From Octopus sinensis (lineage: Eukaryota), in assembly GCF_006345805.1 (NCBI RefSeq), contig NC_043017.1:23870001-23934000 (forward strand): DNA of 64,000 nucleotides, written 5' to 3'. This document shows positions 40,343 to 52,639 of this stretch, one piece after another (position 1 is the first letter of the stretch; every line of letters begins with the position of its first letter). The notes beneath the pieces were generated by a model, which saw only the letters and a list, made by a program, of their open reading frames with translations, ran no database searches and had not been told where the DNA came from. The position numbers and the translations under genes are program-made.

Positions 40343-40562
40343 CCCTTTCGTTACCAACATGGCTGAAACCGGCTTTGGCTCTGAGTACAAATGTCTTGTT
40401 TTCATAAGTTTTGAATTAAAATCTACCACCAAACCTTAGTCACAATTTATGTTCCTAACACTAGCTGAATGATAACTAAGTTATTTTACTAAATTCTTTG
40501 TTATATTTAAAGTAACTAAAAGAAACACAGAGCATCTTAAAATAAATACAGTAACGAAAGGG
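40343..40562. mobile_element. piggyBac-type MITE (family B)
   Basis: TTAA|CCCTTTCGTTAC ... GTAACGAAAGGG|TTAA. Confidence 0.85.
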
Positions 40563-42080
40563 TTAAAATATTTTGTGAAGCATGCCCAGTGATATATCAA
40601 AACATCTGCAACAATGAATTCATAACCATTAAATCTGTATCCCAAAAGTTTGCTTATTCAATAATTTCAATTATATTTATTTTATCAATCCTAGAAATAG
40701 AGTATAAAGTTGACCATTATTGGAGCTGAATTTAGAACACTAAAGAATTAAAATATTTCATAGCAGTTTCCAGTTTATTCTCTATTTCAGTTCTAATTCA
40801 AATGGTTTGTTCATCATTGTCGTTTAACGTCCGCTTTCCATGCTAGCATGGGTTGGACGATTCAGTTTTATATAGAGTCAGTCTTAGATCAAGATGTGTG
40901 AAGTGAAGTAAAGTGCTGTGGAACTACAGAAACATATGACTGAAATATTTTCTTACATAAGAAAAAGCCACAGATTTAAAGGCAAAGAGTAAATAATAAT
41001 TAAACTGATTATTTCAATATGCATATGAAACCTTAGAATTGCTCTAGGAAAAGGGGGGTTTTAATGTTTATGATATTCAAAATATTAACAGTGCATTTCA
41101 TCTCATTCCAGCTAAAAATTATCTTGTGAGATCAACTTCACAAGAAATTAAATCTGTAGAGGGATATTTGACACAGACATAAAATTATTTTTACAAGAAA
41201 CTGAAATGTAATGATGGCAATAATCGAAAGTAACCCACTGGTATTATTTTATCAATCTTAGAAGGACAGAAAGCAAAGCTAACTCCAATTAATTTTACAA
41301 ATGAAAAACATGAAGCAACAAACAAGATGCCATAAAGCTTTGAACCCAATAGATTTAGCTGGCAAACGAGCATCTGTCACTGAGTTTGCACAGTACACTG
41401 AAATCACATGATCTGGTAGTTCTGGTGCCCATGGCAGACAATTCTCATCTGCTACAATATATGTCTGTGGTTTTATGTACCATGCGTCTATATGAGATAA
41501 CTTATCAAGGCAAATACTGCAGTATTCAACACTCTAAAAAAAACATCCACATTAAGTTGGATATAAAGATTGCCCTTTGGTGTTAATACTACTTCTGTTG
41601 CTAATATATATTTTTAGAATTCAATGTTTTAGAGTCAAATGTCTCAATCAACCAACCTCCCTTAAAAATTAATAATGCCTTAAGTAGACACAAGGTCACA
41701 TATTTTGGGAGTAGGGTATGATAATAATGTCCCTTCAGTAATAATACAGGCACTTATTTTGTTGAATGCAGAAGGATGAATGGCAAAGTCAATCCTAGTG
41801 GGGTTTGAACTCGGAATGTAGAGAGAGACAAATACTACAATAAATTTGTGCTTTTGTCAGAGGAAGAAAAGCAGCATCTGTGGTTATTTAGTTGAGGAAA
41901 TGAATGAAGAAATGATGATTTGTGGCTCATCCTTTGAGAGCTAGTCTAAATGAATATAACAGCTAAAGACAGTGAAATTCTATGTGATTGTGTTAAACCA
42001 GGGGACATTAAAGCCACCACTTGATACTCTGTTGATTCTGCAATTATTTATTCAACAAAACCTTTCTGCATTACCTCTCT

Positions 42081-42475
42081 CTTTCTCTTTTTTACTTGTT
42101 TCAGTCATTTTGACTGCGGCCATGCTGGTGCACCGCCTTTAATCGAGCAACTCGACCCCAGGACTTATTCTTTGTAAGCCCAGTACTTATTCTATCGGTC
42201 TCTTTTGCCGAACCGCTAAGTGACAGGGACATAAACACACCAGCATCGGTTGTCAAGCAATGCTAGGGGGACAAACACAGACACACAAACATACACGCAC
42301 ATACATATATATGACGGGCTTCTTTCAGTTTCCGTCTACCAAATCCACTCACAAGGCTTTGGTCGGCCTGAGGCTATAGTAGAAGACACTTGCCCAAGGT
42401 GCCACGCAGTGGGACTGAACCCAGAACCATGTGGTTGGTAAATAAGCTACTTACCACACAGCCACTCCTGCACCT
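42081..42475 (-). mobile_element. Full-length SINE family 1 copy
   Basis: Very similar to 1131-1518. Confidence 0.9.
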
Positions 42476-43224
42476 ACCTCTATTACACATTTTATTATCG
42501 ATTTCTTGTGATTATTAAGATGAGCACTTCAGCAAAATAAGTTTTCAGTTCACAAAATCTACAACCAAGTGAGAATTCCTTACAAGACCATTTGAGTTAT
42601 TTTCATTAAAGTTTACCTACATCATCGATGATGTGTATTACAATACTCAGAGCTATCTAAAAGCTGATAACACTCATGTGAACTTATTTTGAATTAAAAC
42701 ACATTTCAATCATGCTTGCATGTAATTGCCTTTCACAAAGATTTTATATTATATTATAAGGAAGAATACATCTGCACAGCATTTCTCAGCTTGCACAATA
42801 ATGTTCAAAGTGACTTGGAAAGTCAAGGTGAAAATTTTCCTTACAGGACAATGAATTCTTCAATAATAGTCCTTCACCGTAAACTAGAGTATGGTTAGAT
42901 ATATTGATGAATGCTTTAATCTGTTTTAAATCAGTCATATTTTCTTTATCAGATATTATGAGAAGCATGATTATTTTATTGATTAAAACATCTATAGCAA
43001 TTACATCACACCACCCCAATACCATACATATACATGTTTAATCAAGTGAGATATTTAAATGAAGTACATCTTTCTCACGGTGTTTAATACTGATGTCATT
43101 AGCATATAATTCTTAAGAGAGTTTAAACATAAATCCTATGGGAAAATTCCACAAAACTATAAATATATGTATTATATAGAAACACTTCTTTGAAGAGTTA
43201 CAAGCCTGAAGTTTAAGAGTTTGA

Positions 43225-43256
<32 letters not shown>

Positions 43257-43326
43257 AATAATAATAATATAATTATTATATATTTGTTGTGCAAGATTTT
43301 TTATGTGAAGTCGTGTGTTGAAACAG

Positions 43327-43468
43327 ATATTGTTATATTTCGGAATGGTCAGTTTGCCAGTTTAGCCAATAAAATAAATAATACTGAAGCAAAATAACAC
43401 CAAATATATAGTGTGTGCGTTTTTATTGGCTAAACTGGCAAAATGACCATTCCGAAATATAACAATAT
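43327..43468. repeat. Inverted repeat, 48-bp arms with 1 mismatch, 46-nt loop
   Basis: ATATTGTTATATTTCGGAATGGTCA(G/T)TTTGCCAGTTTAGCCAATAAAA and its reverse complement. Confidence 0.95.
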
Positions 43469-43507
43469 AATTATTATCATATATTATAATAATATATATA
43501 AGACATT

Positions 43508-43850
43508 GGCATGGCTGTATGGTTAAGAAGCCCCAGTGCATAACACTTTGGGCAGGTGTAAGCCTTGTAAGTGGATTAGCAGATGAAAACTGAAAGAAGC
43601 CTCTGTGTGTATGTGTGTGTCTTGTCTTGACATGTGATAGTTGTAAACGAGTATCACCATTATGCAAGCAATGTTGTTTGTTTCCAGTCTTTGAAGGTAA
43701 AAAAATGTGTCTGACCACAGAAGATATAATCTTGCTTAAAAATAGGTGAGGGTTAGTGACAGTAAGGGCATCTCGCTGTAGAAAATCTGCTACAACAAAT
43801 TTCATCTGACTCATGCAAGCATGGAAAGAGGACATTAAATGATGATGATA
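43508..43850 (+). mobile_element. SINE with family-1 head and RTE-like (GAT)n tail
   Basis: The 3' ~100 nt match the RTE 3' ends in this window. Confidence 0.65.
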
Positions 43851-45385
43851 TTTAATTTGATGAACAATTTGACTATTTATTTCATAGCACTATATATTTC
43901 CTTGAGAAGTGAAATGCATGTATTTTGAGAATTTCTTCATAGAATTATCCTCATGAGTAGTTCAAGAATTCAAACTATCACAGAAAAGTGGTGCTGTGTA
44001 AACTATTTCAATTATTACCGTTTAATATTTGCATTTAGTTATCAAACTTTGTAAGATACAAAATCATAAACCTTAACTTAAAAACAAGTCCCAAAGTTCA
44101 ATATAAGGTTGTGTATCATAATTTAAAAAATTTTCTTGGGCATAATAGTTATGTAACTGAACTCATAGAACTGGTTACAGATAGGAATGGATACTAAATC
44201 ACAAACTTAGCTCACCAATGGATTAGCATAAATATAGTTTTAATGATCATTGGCTAATTGCAAAAATATTCACCGTTTTAATATTCTATTATAAAGCAAG
44301 GACGCTGAGTTTACAGAAATAATAGAGTACTAGACGAAAAGCTTTAGTTTCCTCCTTCTCCAAGTTCAAATCTCTGATTATTTTTACCGTGCTTTACATC
44401 ACTTTGAACAATAATATTGATTTCGAATTTTGGGACAAGGCCAGGAATTTTGGAGCAAGGAATAAGTCAATTACATCGACTCCAGTACTCAACTGGTATT
44501 TATTTTGTCGACCCCAAAAGATGAAAGGCACTCAGAACATAAAGACAGATGAAATGCTGCTAAGCATTTTGCCCAGCATGCTAATGATTCTGCCAGCTCA
44601 TCACCTTAAATGTATCAGTAATATTATTAGCTTATTTCAATTAGCTAAATCCCATCCTTTACTTTCAAAACTGACAAAAAAAAAAAAAAACAGAAAACCT
44701 TGTAAGAATTAGTATCAATTTAATTTTCAAAAATATTTAATTTCACCAACTGATATTATTCATATAAAGAAGAAACTTGAGTCAGTTTAGTTAAAAACCA
44801 ACCTCACACAAAATTGATCTGTTAGGCTTAAATGTAAGGCTTATTTTCCAACATTTAAATGTAACTATAATCCATAAATACTCCAGTTCTAGCCTACTTA
44901 TATTGATCTCATATCAGATAACACCTATTGAATTTACTAAAGAGAAGAAAATAAGCCAAAGGATGAAAAACAAAAATTAGTCCACCAGATACTTGAGGAT
45001 GCTGTGTTATCCATGATATTGATACTATTAAAGTAATTATGCCAACCAGTAATGTCCAACCAGACAGATCTTTTGACCTCTTCAAGTTATCCCACCAATA
45101 TAAAAAAATTAGTGAAGAAGATCAATATCTAGTAAATTAAAAAGATAAAAATATTTTTTTTTTTACAACTGCTTATTGCAGCTTAAGGCAGAAACTCTTA
45201 ACTTAGTAATGCATATCCTATTGTTGGTACTTCACTGTGTCTCTAGAAATGACATTTCAATCTTCTTGTCCTCATTCACTACTAAATTTCCTAGTGTCTT
45301 TTCTTACAAGACATTTCTCTTCCTTCTGATCATCACTGCAGAAATTATACTTAATGCCAGTTCTAAGAATTTTCAAGTGATTTAA

Positions 45386-45596
45386 CCCTTTCATTACTGT
45401 ATTTATTTTGAGATACTCTATGTATCTTTCAATTATTTTAGACATAACAAAGAACTTAGTAAAATAACTTAGTTATCATTAAGCTAGTGTTAGGAACATT
45501 AATTGTGACTAAGGTTTGGTGGAAGATTTTAATACAAAACTTGTGAAAACAAGTCATTTGTACTACAGAGCCAGAGCCGGTTTGGTAACGAAAGGG
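45386..45596. mobile_element. piggyBac-type MITE (family B), opposite orientation to 40343-40562
   Basis: TTAA TSDs, CCCTTTC/GAAAGGG ends, body reverse-similar to the 40343 copy. Confidence 0.85.
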
Positions 45597-45743
45597 TTAA
45601 GAAAGGATAAAAATACTATATGCTGGCTGTGTGGTAAGAAGTTTGCTTTCCAACCACACATTTCTGGGTTCAGCCCTACTGAAGGCCAACCACAGCTTTG
45701 TAAATGGATTTGGTAAACATAAATAGAAAGAAGCCCATTGTGT

Positions 45744-45774
<31 letters not shown>

Positions 45775-45780
45775 CATATA

Positions 45781-45991
45781 TAATTATAAATAAGGGCATA
45801 GAAATGAAATTTTCTAGCCTGTATGAAGAAAAATAGACATCAAATCACTTCACCACTTAAAAAGTCACAAATTACATGTGTTGAATTCGAACATGTGTAA
45901 TTTGTAACTTCTTAAATGGTGAGATGATTTGGCATCTATTTTTCAGCATATAGGCTAGAAATTTTCATTTCTATGCCCTTATTTATAATTA
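45781..45991. repeat. 211-bp imperfect palindrome (foldback) centred on GAATTC
   Basis: ~103-bp arms with about 14 substitutions by my count. Confidence 0.9.
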
Positions 45992-46074
45992 GATGTACAA
46001 TTTCACCTTAATCGGTCTTTTTATATGCTGGCCATTGATAAAATCTTTTTTTAATTTTATCCTTTGTTATTGTA

Positions 46075-46117
<43 letters not shown>

Positions 46118-46309
46118 TCTGTGTTTGTCTAACATCTGTGTTGGTCTGTTTACATGCCCATAACTGAGAAGTTTGGCAAAAGAGACTGATAGATTAAGTA
46201 CCAGGCTTAAATAAAACAAGTACTGAGGTCAATTCATTTGACCAAACTCCTGCAAACTGGTGCCCCAACATGGTCACAGTCTAATGAGAATATATATGAA
46301 TATATGAAA

Positions 46310-47065
46310 AATTCGATGAAAGGGAGGAGGAGCTACAGACTTGTGACATAGAGGGCAACTGGGAATTCTTGAGTGACAGCTTGCTGAGTGCCACAAACCA
46401 AATATGTGGCTGGTGCAAAGACCCATCCAGAATTAGGGTAATGTGGTGGTGGAACAATGCAGTAGACAGGGCCATAAGAGCTAAGAAACAGGCCTAGAAC
46501 TGTGGAGGGAACCTGTGGTCGAGGTAGACCTAGGAAGACATGGGGTGAGGTGGTGAAGCATGATCTTCAAACTTTGAGCCTCACAGAAGCAATTACTAGT
46601 GACCAAGACCTTTGACAATGTGCTGTGCTTGAGAGGACCCGTCAAGCCGAGTGCACCCATGCTGGTGGCATGTGAAGAATACCTTTCGTGTGTTAGGCCT
46701 CACAGAGGCAAAGTGACTGAGTTCCTATCAAGTGTTGGGCCTCACAGAGGCAATGACTGAGACCTTTGGCATTATGTTATGCTTGAGAAGTCAAGGAAAA
46801 TTTCAGTCGTGGCAGATACTGATGTCATGCAAATATGCATTCATGCTGGTGGCACATAAAAGCACCCCGGTGTCACACAAATGATACATAAGAGCACCCA
46901 TTACACTCTCAGAGTTGTTGGCATTAGGATGGGCATCCAGCCATAGAAAACCCTGCCAAATCAGACTGGAGTCTGGCACAGCCTTCCAGCATGCCAGCCC
47001 AGTCAAACTGTCCAACACACGCCTGCAAGGACAACAGACATTAAACAATGATGATGATGACGATT
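46310..47065 (+). mobile_element. Internally deleted RTE LINE derivative
   Basis: 46310-46490 matches the intact copy at about 63220-63400 (ICGWCK..WWWNN), then jumps to the ORF end (GRGRPRKTW..), 3' UTR and (GAT)n tail. Confidence 0.8.
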
Positions 47066-47221
47066 ATATATATATATATATATATATATACAGATATACA
47101 GGTATGGATAGATATCTTGGGTAAGTGTCTCACCCCAGATGACCAAAGACTTGTCAACAGTAGACAGAAACTGAAAGAGACACATCAAATATATGCATAT
47201 GTGTGTGTGTGCATGTTCTAT

Positions 47222-47452
47222 TATTCTTTTACTTGTTTCAATCATTTCACTGTGGCCAAGCTGGAGCACCACCTTGAAGTGTTTTAGTCGAACAAATCAA
47301 CCCCAGGACTTATTTCTTAAGCCTAGTACTTACTATATCAGTCTCTTTTACTGAACTGTTAAGTAAACACACCACCACCAGTTGTCAAGTAGTGATGGAG
47401 TAGGGGTACAAATACAGGCACAAAGACACACACACACATAGATGTCTATATA

Positions 47453-47485
<33 letters not shown>

Positions 47486-47665
47486 GTATATATGAATATA
47501 AATATGATGGGCTTCTTTCAGCCGCCATCAACCAAATCCACTCACAAGCCTTTGGTCAGCCTGAGGCTCTAGTAGGAGACACTTGCCCAAGGTGCCAGTG
47601 GGACTGTACCTGGAACCATGCAGCTGGGAAGCAAGCTTCTTACCACACACCCACACCTGCACCTA
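47222..47665 (-). mobile_element. SINE family 1 copy (diverged)
   Basis: Similar to 42081-42475. Confidence 0.75.
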
Positions 47666-47668
47666 TAC

Positions 47669-47709
<41 letters not shown>

Positions 47710-47711
<2 letters not shown>

Positions 47712-48200
47712 GTGTGTTTCAAAACATTTGATATCATTTAACAATCTAACTTTACCAGTTCTTGTTCAAATGACTTCAAATTTTAACAGCATGTGTAGAA
47801 ACAGGTCAAAATTTTATGTTTAATGTTTGATATGTTTATGTTTTCAGGTATAGAAATGGCATTCACTGGAAAAGGCGTTTTGTGTGTTGGAGTATGCTCG
47901 AACACAGTCGAACAATACTGTGCAGCATGCATTTGTGAGAGAGTTCTCTAAAAGTCACCAACAGCATTGCAGATTTGGACATGGCTCAAAAAATTCAAAG
48001 AGGAAGGCTGTCTGTGCGGGGTAAAAGGATCTGGACAACCACTAACATTGGAAGAAACAGAAGAGCGGGTTCGCCAAAAACTCTTGTGAAGCCCCTAAGA
48101 AGAAGAAGTCTGGAAACTCAGATTCCTCCAATGACAGTTTGGTGCATCCTGAGGAAATGCTTGCTAATGAAACCCTACAAGTTGCAGCTTGTTCAGGCTG
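47710..48200 (+). pseudogene. Tc1/mariner-superfamily transposon 5' part (DUF4817-type HTH), frameshifted
   Basis: Terminus CAGTGTGTTTCAAAA. Remnant peptide KAFCVLEYARTQSNNTVQHAF...IWTWLKKFKEEGCLC..GSGQP...TVWCILRKCLLMKPYKLQLVQA. Truncated by a SINE. Confidence 0.75.
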
Positions 48201-48530
48201 TGTGATTAGAAGCTTGCTTCCCAACCACATGGTTCTGGGTTCAGTTCCACTGTGTGGCACCTTAGGCAAGTGTCTTCTACTATAGCTTCAGACTGACCAA
48301 AGCCCTATGAGTGGATTTGGTAGACAGAAACTGAAAGAAGCCTGTTGTACACATATCTATGTATATATTTATGTACCACCATCACTTGACAACTGATGTT
48401 GGTGTGTTTACATCCCTGTAACTTGGCAATTCAGCAAAAGAAACCAATAGAATAAGTACTAGGCCTACAAAGAATAAGTTCTGGAGTCAATTTCTTCGGC
48501 TAAAAGAACCTTTCAAAGGTGATGCTCCAG
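48200..48530 (+). mobile_element. SINE family 1 copy
   Basis: Head, body and tail similar to 36151-36560. Confidence 0.75.
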
Positions 48531-49029
48531 CACACACACACACAGACATATCTATGTTTACATGTATGTGATCATCATTATCATCATAATTTTATGTCTG
48601 CTTTCAATGCTGGCATGAGTTGGACAGGTTGTCACAGTCTGGGTCAGTTCTTACTTGGAGATACTGTCTCTTACATGTGTCCTACATTGCTTAATTTATT
48701 TTCTTATCTTACACAGTTCCACAGTAATTAATATGCTTTCATCCAACTGGATGCATATATTATCCAACTGGTGTTCTGCTGTCCACTAGTTTCTTTACTA
48801 TCACTGTTAAATACTGTTTGTTGTTCCTTTGTAATTTCATTTTCTAGGAAAATATTCACATTCTTGTGAAGAAAAAAAACTTTACTTTTGGCAAGATAAA
48901 TACTTTTAATTTCATGGAGCAGCAAACAGAAAGAAAGATACTCCAGCTTCTTGTTATCTTTTATTATCTCTTTTACATCTCTGCAAAATGTTTGCACATT
49001 AATTATATCCTCACTTCCCATTTAAACAA

Positions 49030-50200
49030 CTTTTATGGTGGAACAAAATTGAAGATTTGAAGCAACAAGAGAAAAAAAATGAGAAGGCAAAAGAAGAGAG
49101 AACAAAGACAGGAAGTAAGAGAAAGACCAAAATCAACAGATAAGGGAAGCTGACATGAGTGAACACAAATGTGCAAGATACAGCATCAGATGAGAAAGTC
49201 AACAGGCTTTGAGAAAGACATGAATGGTGAACAACAAACTGATTATATGTGACAAGAGCGATAGGTACAACAAAATAAAATGAATGAAGATTAACAAGCA
49301 CAATATCAGGAAAGATTTCATGAAAGGATTCAAGCACAACAAGAAAACACAAAGAACAGTTGCATAATTTGAGAATTTCTTTTAAAAAGAAGTTATCAGA
49401 GATGGTTTGTTGTTTTATATTATATCAGAGTGAATGAGTCACAGTTGAGCCAAATAATATTGGAGAAATGAATAGATACTATCTTTACCTATTTCTTTAC
49501 TACCCACAAGGGGCTAAACACAGAGAGGACAAACAAGGACAGACAAAGGGATTAAGTCAATTATATCGACCCCAGTGCGTAACTGGTACTTAATTTATTG
49601 ACCCCGAAAGGATGAAAGGCAAAGTCAACCTCGGCGGAATTTGAACACAGAACATAGCCGCAGACGAAATACCCCTAAGCATTTCGCCTGGTGTACTAAC
49701 GATTCTGCCAGCTCACCGCCTTGAAGATAGATACTATCTTTACCATGTGAATTTGAGGCTCAGGAATGAGCCTCTAAATTGTTGTTACCATTATAGTAAA
49801 ATATGACTCGCTCATTTATAGCCTTATCCTGATGAATTCAAACTACTCTTTGATGCAAACAATAAGAAATCTAATAATTTCAGGAACAATATCCAAAATT
49901 ATAAGTTCTGCAGTTACTGCACCTGAAAGTGATTTTATTGTTTTAGAAAATCTTATCATTCTCCTTCTCTTCTCTGAGCTCAGAAAATGATCAACCAACA
50001 TGATATTGTATTATTGAAGCTAATGAAGTTTTACATTTCCAGACGGAAGCATCTCAAAATTCAGCATGTTTATTTAATGTGATGAACACTATACAAGAAA
50101 TTATGATTTTTCACAACCATATAAAAATATGTTTGACAATTGCAAGAACTTCAATTTGAAGAAAACACACTTTCCCATAAATAAAACCAGAACTTCAAAT
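49030..50200 (+). pseudogene. Decayed Helitron RepHel N-terminal coding fragment, interrupted by a SINE
   Basis: K/E/R-rich start, NIGEMN..(SINE)..EPLNCC...PYPDEFKLLFDANNKKSNNFRNNIQNY, matching Helitron ExxNCC..GKVxLP..PYPxEL...NFxxNIRxYN. Confidence 0.7.
49490..49726 (-). mobile_element. SINE family 2, near full length, 18-bp TSD
   Basis: ATAGATACTATCTTTACC at 49472-49489 and 49727-49744. Confidence 0.9.
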
Positions 50201-50240
50201 GAGGTCTTGACATCAGAGAGCACAATTTTTTTTAACAAGT

Positions 50241-50650
50241 ACGCAAGAGTGGCTGTGTGGTAAGTAGCTTGCTTACCAACCACATGGTTCCGGGTTCAGT
50301 CCCACTGCGTGGCATCTTGGGCAAGTGTCTTCTGCTATAGCCTAAGGCCGACCAATGCCTTGTGAGTGGATTTGGTAGATGGAAACTGAAAGAAGCCTGT
50401 CGTATATATGTATATATATATATATTATATATATATATATATATATGTGTGTGTCTGTGTTTGTCCCCCTAGCATTGCTTGACAACCGATGCTGATGTGT
50501 TTACGTCCCCGTCACTTAGCGGTTCGGCAAAAAGAGACCGATAGAATAAGTACTGGGCTTACAAAGGATAAGTCCCGGGGTCGATTTGCTCGACTAAAGG
50601 CAGTGCTCTAGCATGGCCACAGTCAAATGACTGAAACAAATAAAAGAATA
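50241..50650 (+). mobile_element. Full-length SINE family 1 copy
   Basis: Very similar to 36151-36560. Confidence 0.9.
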
Positions 50651-52639
50651 CTTCATGTAATGAAATTACTACTGTGTTAATTTTTGCAAAAGGTAACCCT
50701 CTAGAAAAGGGATATCAACATGATAATTCATCAAGTAATACACCACTGCAACAAGGGTCATATATATATCTTGTCATCTTGACCCAATGTGTTACATTCT
50801 TATTTCTCAATGGTGAACTGGGTTGGTACAATGATAGGTAGCATGTTGAAGGAGAATAATAACCTTTGTTCAAAATAAGATTACAATTCAAGAGTTCTAC
50901 TGTTATCATCTTGCATCCAGTTTGTAAGAAGCAAGCAATCTCAGCTACAAGTTGAATAGTACAATGAACTGATGGGTCACCTTGCAGCAAAAGAAGACCA
51001 GATTATTATACTGCAACAAATTTTTCCATTGCCTATCTTATTATCAAAAAATATTTTATATTATGAAACAGTGTTGTGAAGATTTATGCACCAAAATTAA
51101 GAAAGAAAATATACACATACATACATTTATGTGCACATGTATGCATGTGTGTGTGTGAGTGCATGAATGTGTGTGTGAGCATGTGTGTGAGCGTGTATGT
51201 GAATGTGTGTGTGTGAGAGAGAGTGTGTGTGTATGTGTGTGTGAGTGTGAGCATGTGTGGAGTGGGGTGAGTAGGTTTAGGAATATCTGTTGGAAACACA
51301 TCGGCTGGAAGACCAACTGACAAAGCTTTAGTTGAAAACACAGATGGAATATTTACTGACATTTCAATATTTTTCAAAGATTAAAGTAATATGTTTTTAT
51401 TGATATTTGAATTAAATATCACAATTCATGTGATGTCAAAATAAGGCAAGATTTTAACACAAACAAGAAATGCATGCTTGTGAAAAATATATTTATAAAG
51501 TCAGCAAAAGTATTCTAAAAAGTTGAATTTGTAACAAGCAAACATGAAGTGAGAATGTCAACTTCATCTGACAAGAATTTGCCCAGCCATGGAAATCCCA
51601 AGGACAATTTTGCTTTCAAGTACCAGTTGAGCACTGGGGTCAATGTAATCGAGTTACCCAACTCCCCAAATTTGTTGGTCTTGTGCCAAAATTTGAAACC
51701 AATATTAAGCATGTTACTCTCTCAGAAAGAATTCAAACTGTTGTGTTGAATATACAAATAAAAACATCTTGCATTATGTATGAGGTGTTACGCATAATCT
51801 TGGTTACAAATAAAGTTTTCATCTTTCTATTCTCAAATTTGCACTAATTATTTTTATAAAAATATGATAGCCTGAAAACAAATTGAAAATGTATTTCAAT
51901 TAGAATATAATTTGCTCTTATCAAATTAAAATTAAATAAGATGTTTCAAAATATTTGTTTCGAGGTAGTTTTCCATTTTCCAATAAATTTGTCTTCCAAT
52001 AAACAAATATTTTTTTTATGAATATGCCTTTGAATGTAAAAGACATTGTTTAAAATGTTTGTATATGATGATGATAATGAAAGTGGTTTATATATACACA
52101 CATATATATACTCTCACACACACTTTACCCTAATCACCTTTTTATATTACCAAATTAACTCTCTTCCCCAAACACCTACACATCTCCCTCTCTCTCATAC
52201 TTCCCCTACCTCTTGTATTATTACTATTCTGCTACTTCTAACTCCTGTATTATCAGTCATCACCTATTCTCTCCTACCTTCCCATCTCATATGTATCATG
52301 CCATCCCCCTACCCTTTTATTATTTTCACCCCTCAATCCTACTTAATCTCTACAGTCATCACCTACTCTTACCTGTTTTCCCTCTCCTCAAATCTTGTTC
52401 TTCATTATATCTGTACCTTCATCTATGTCCCATCTCTGACCATCCTTCACTCAGCCCATACATTCTTGCAACCTCTATCCCACCTCCAGTCCCTGTTTTT
52501 CTGTCACTACTCAGCTTTTTTGTATTGTTGACACAGCTAGTGGTTGAGTTTATGAATGAGGACATGTCTGAGAGAAACACCACAAACAAAAATGGTCCTA
52601 GTACAGTTCTCACAGAGTATCCATTATAAATTGATATCT

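Noticed and set aside
41279-41533. 84-codon stop-free minus frame beginning SVEYCSICLDKL
   Set aside because: The CxxC is not followed by RING spacing, there is no donor, and no homology was recognised.
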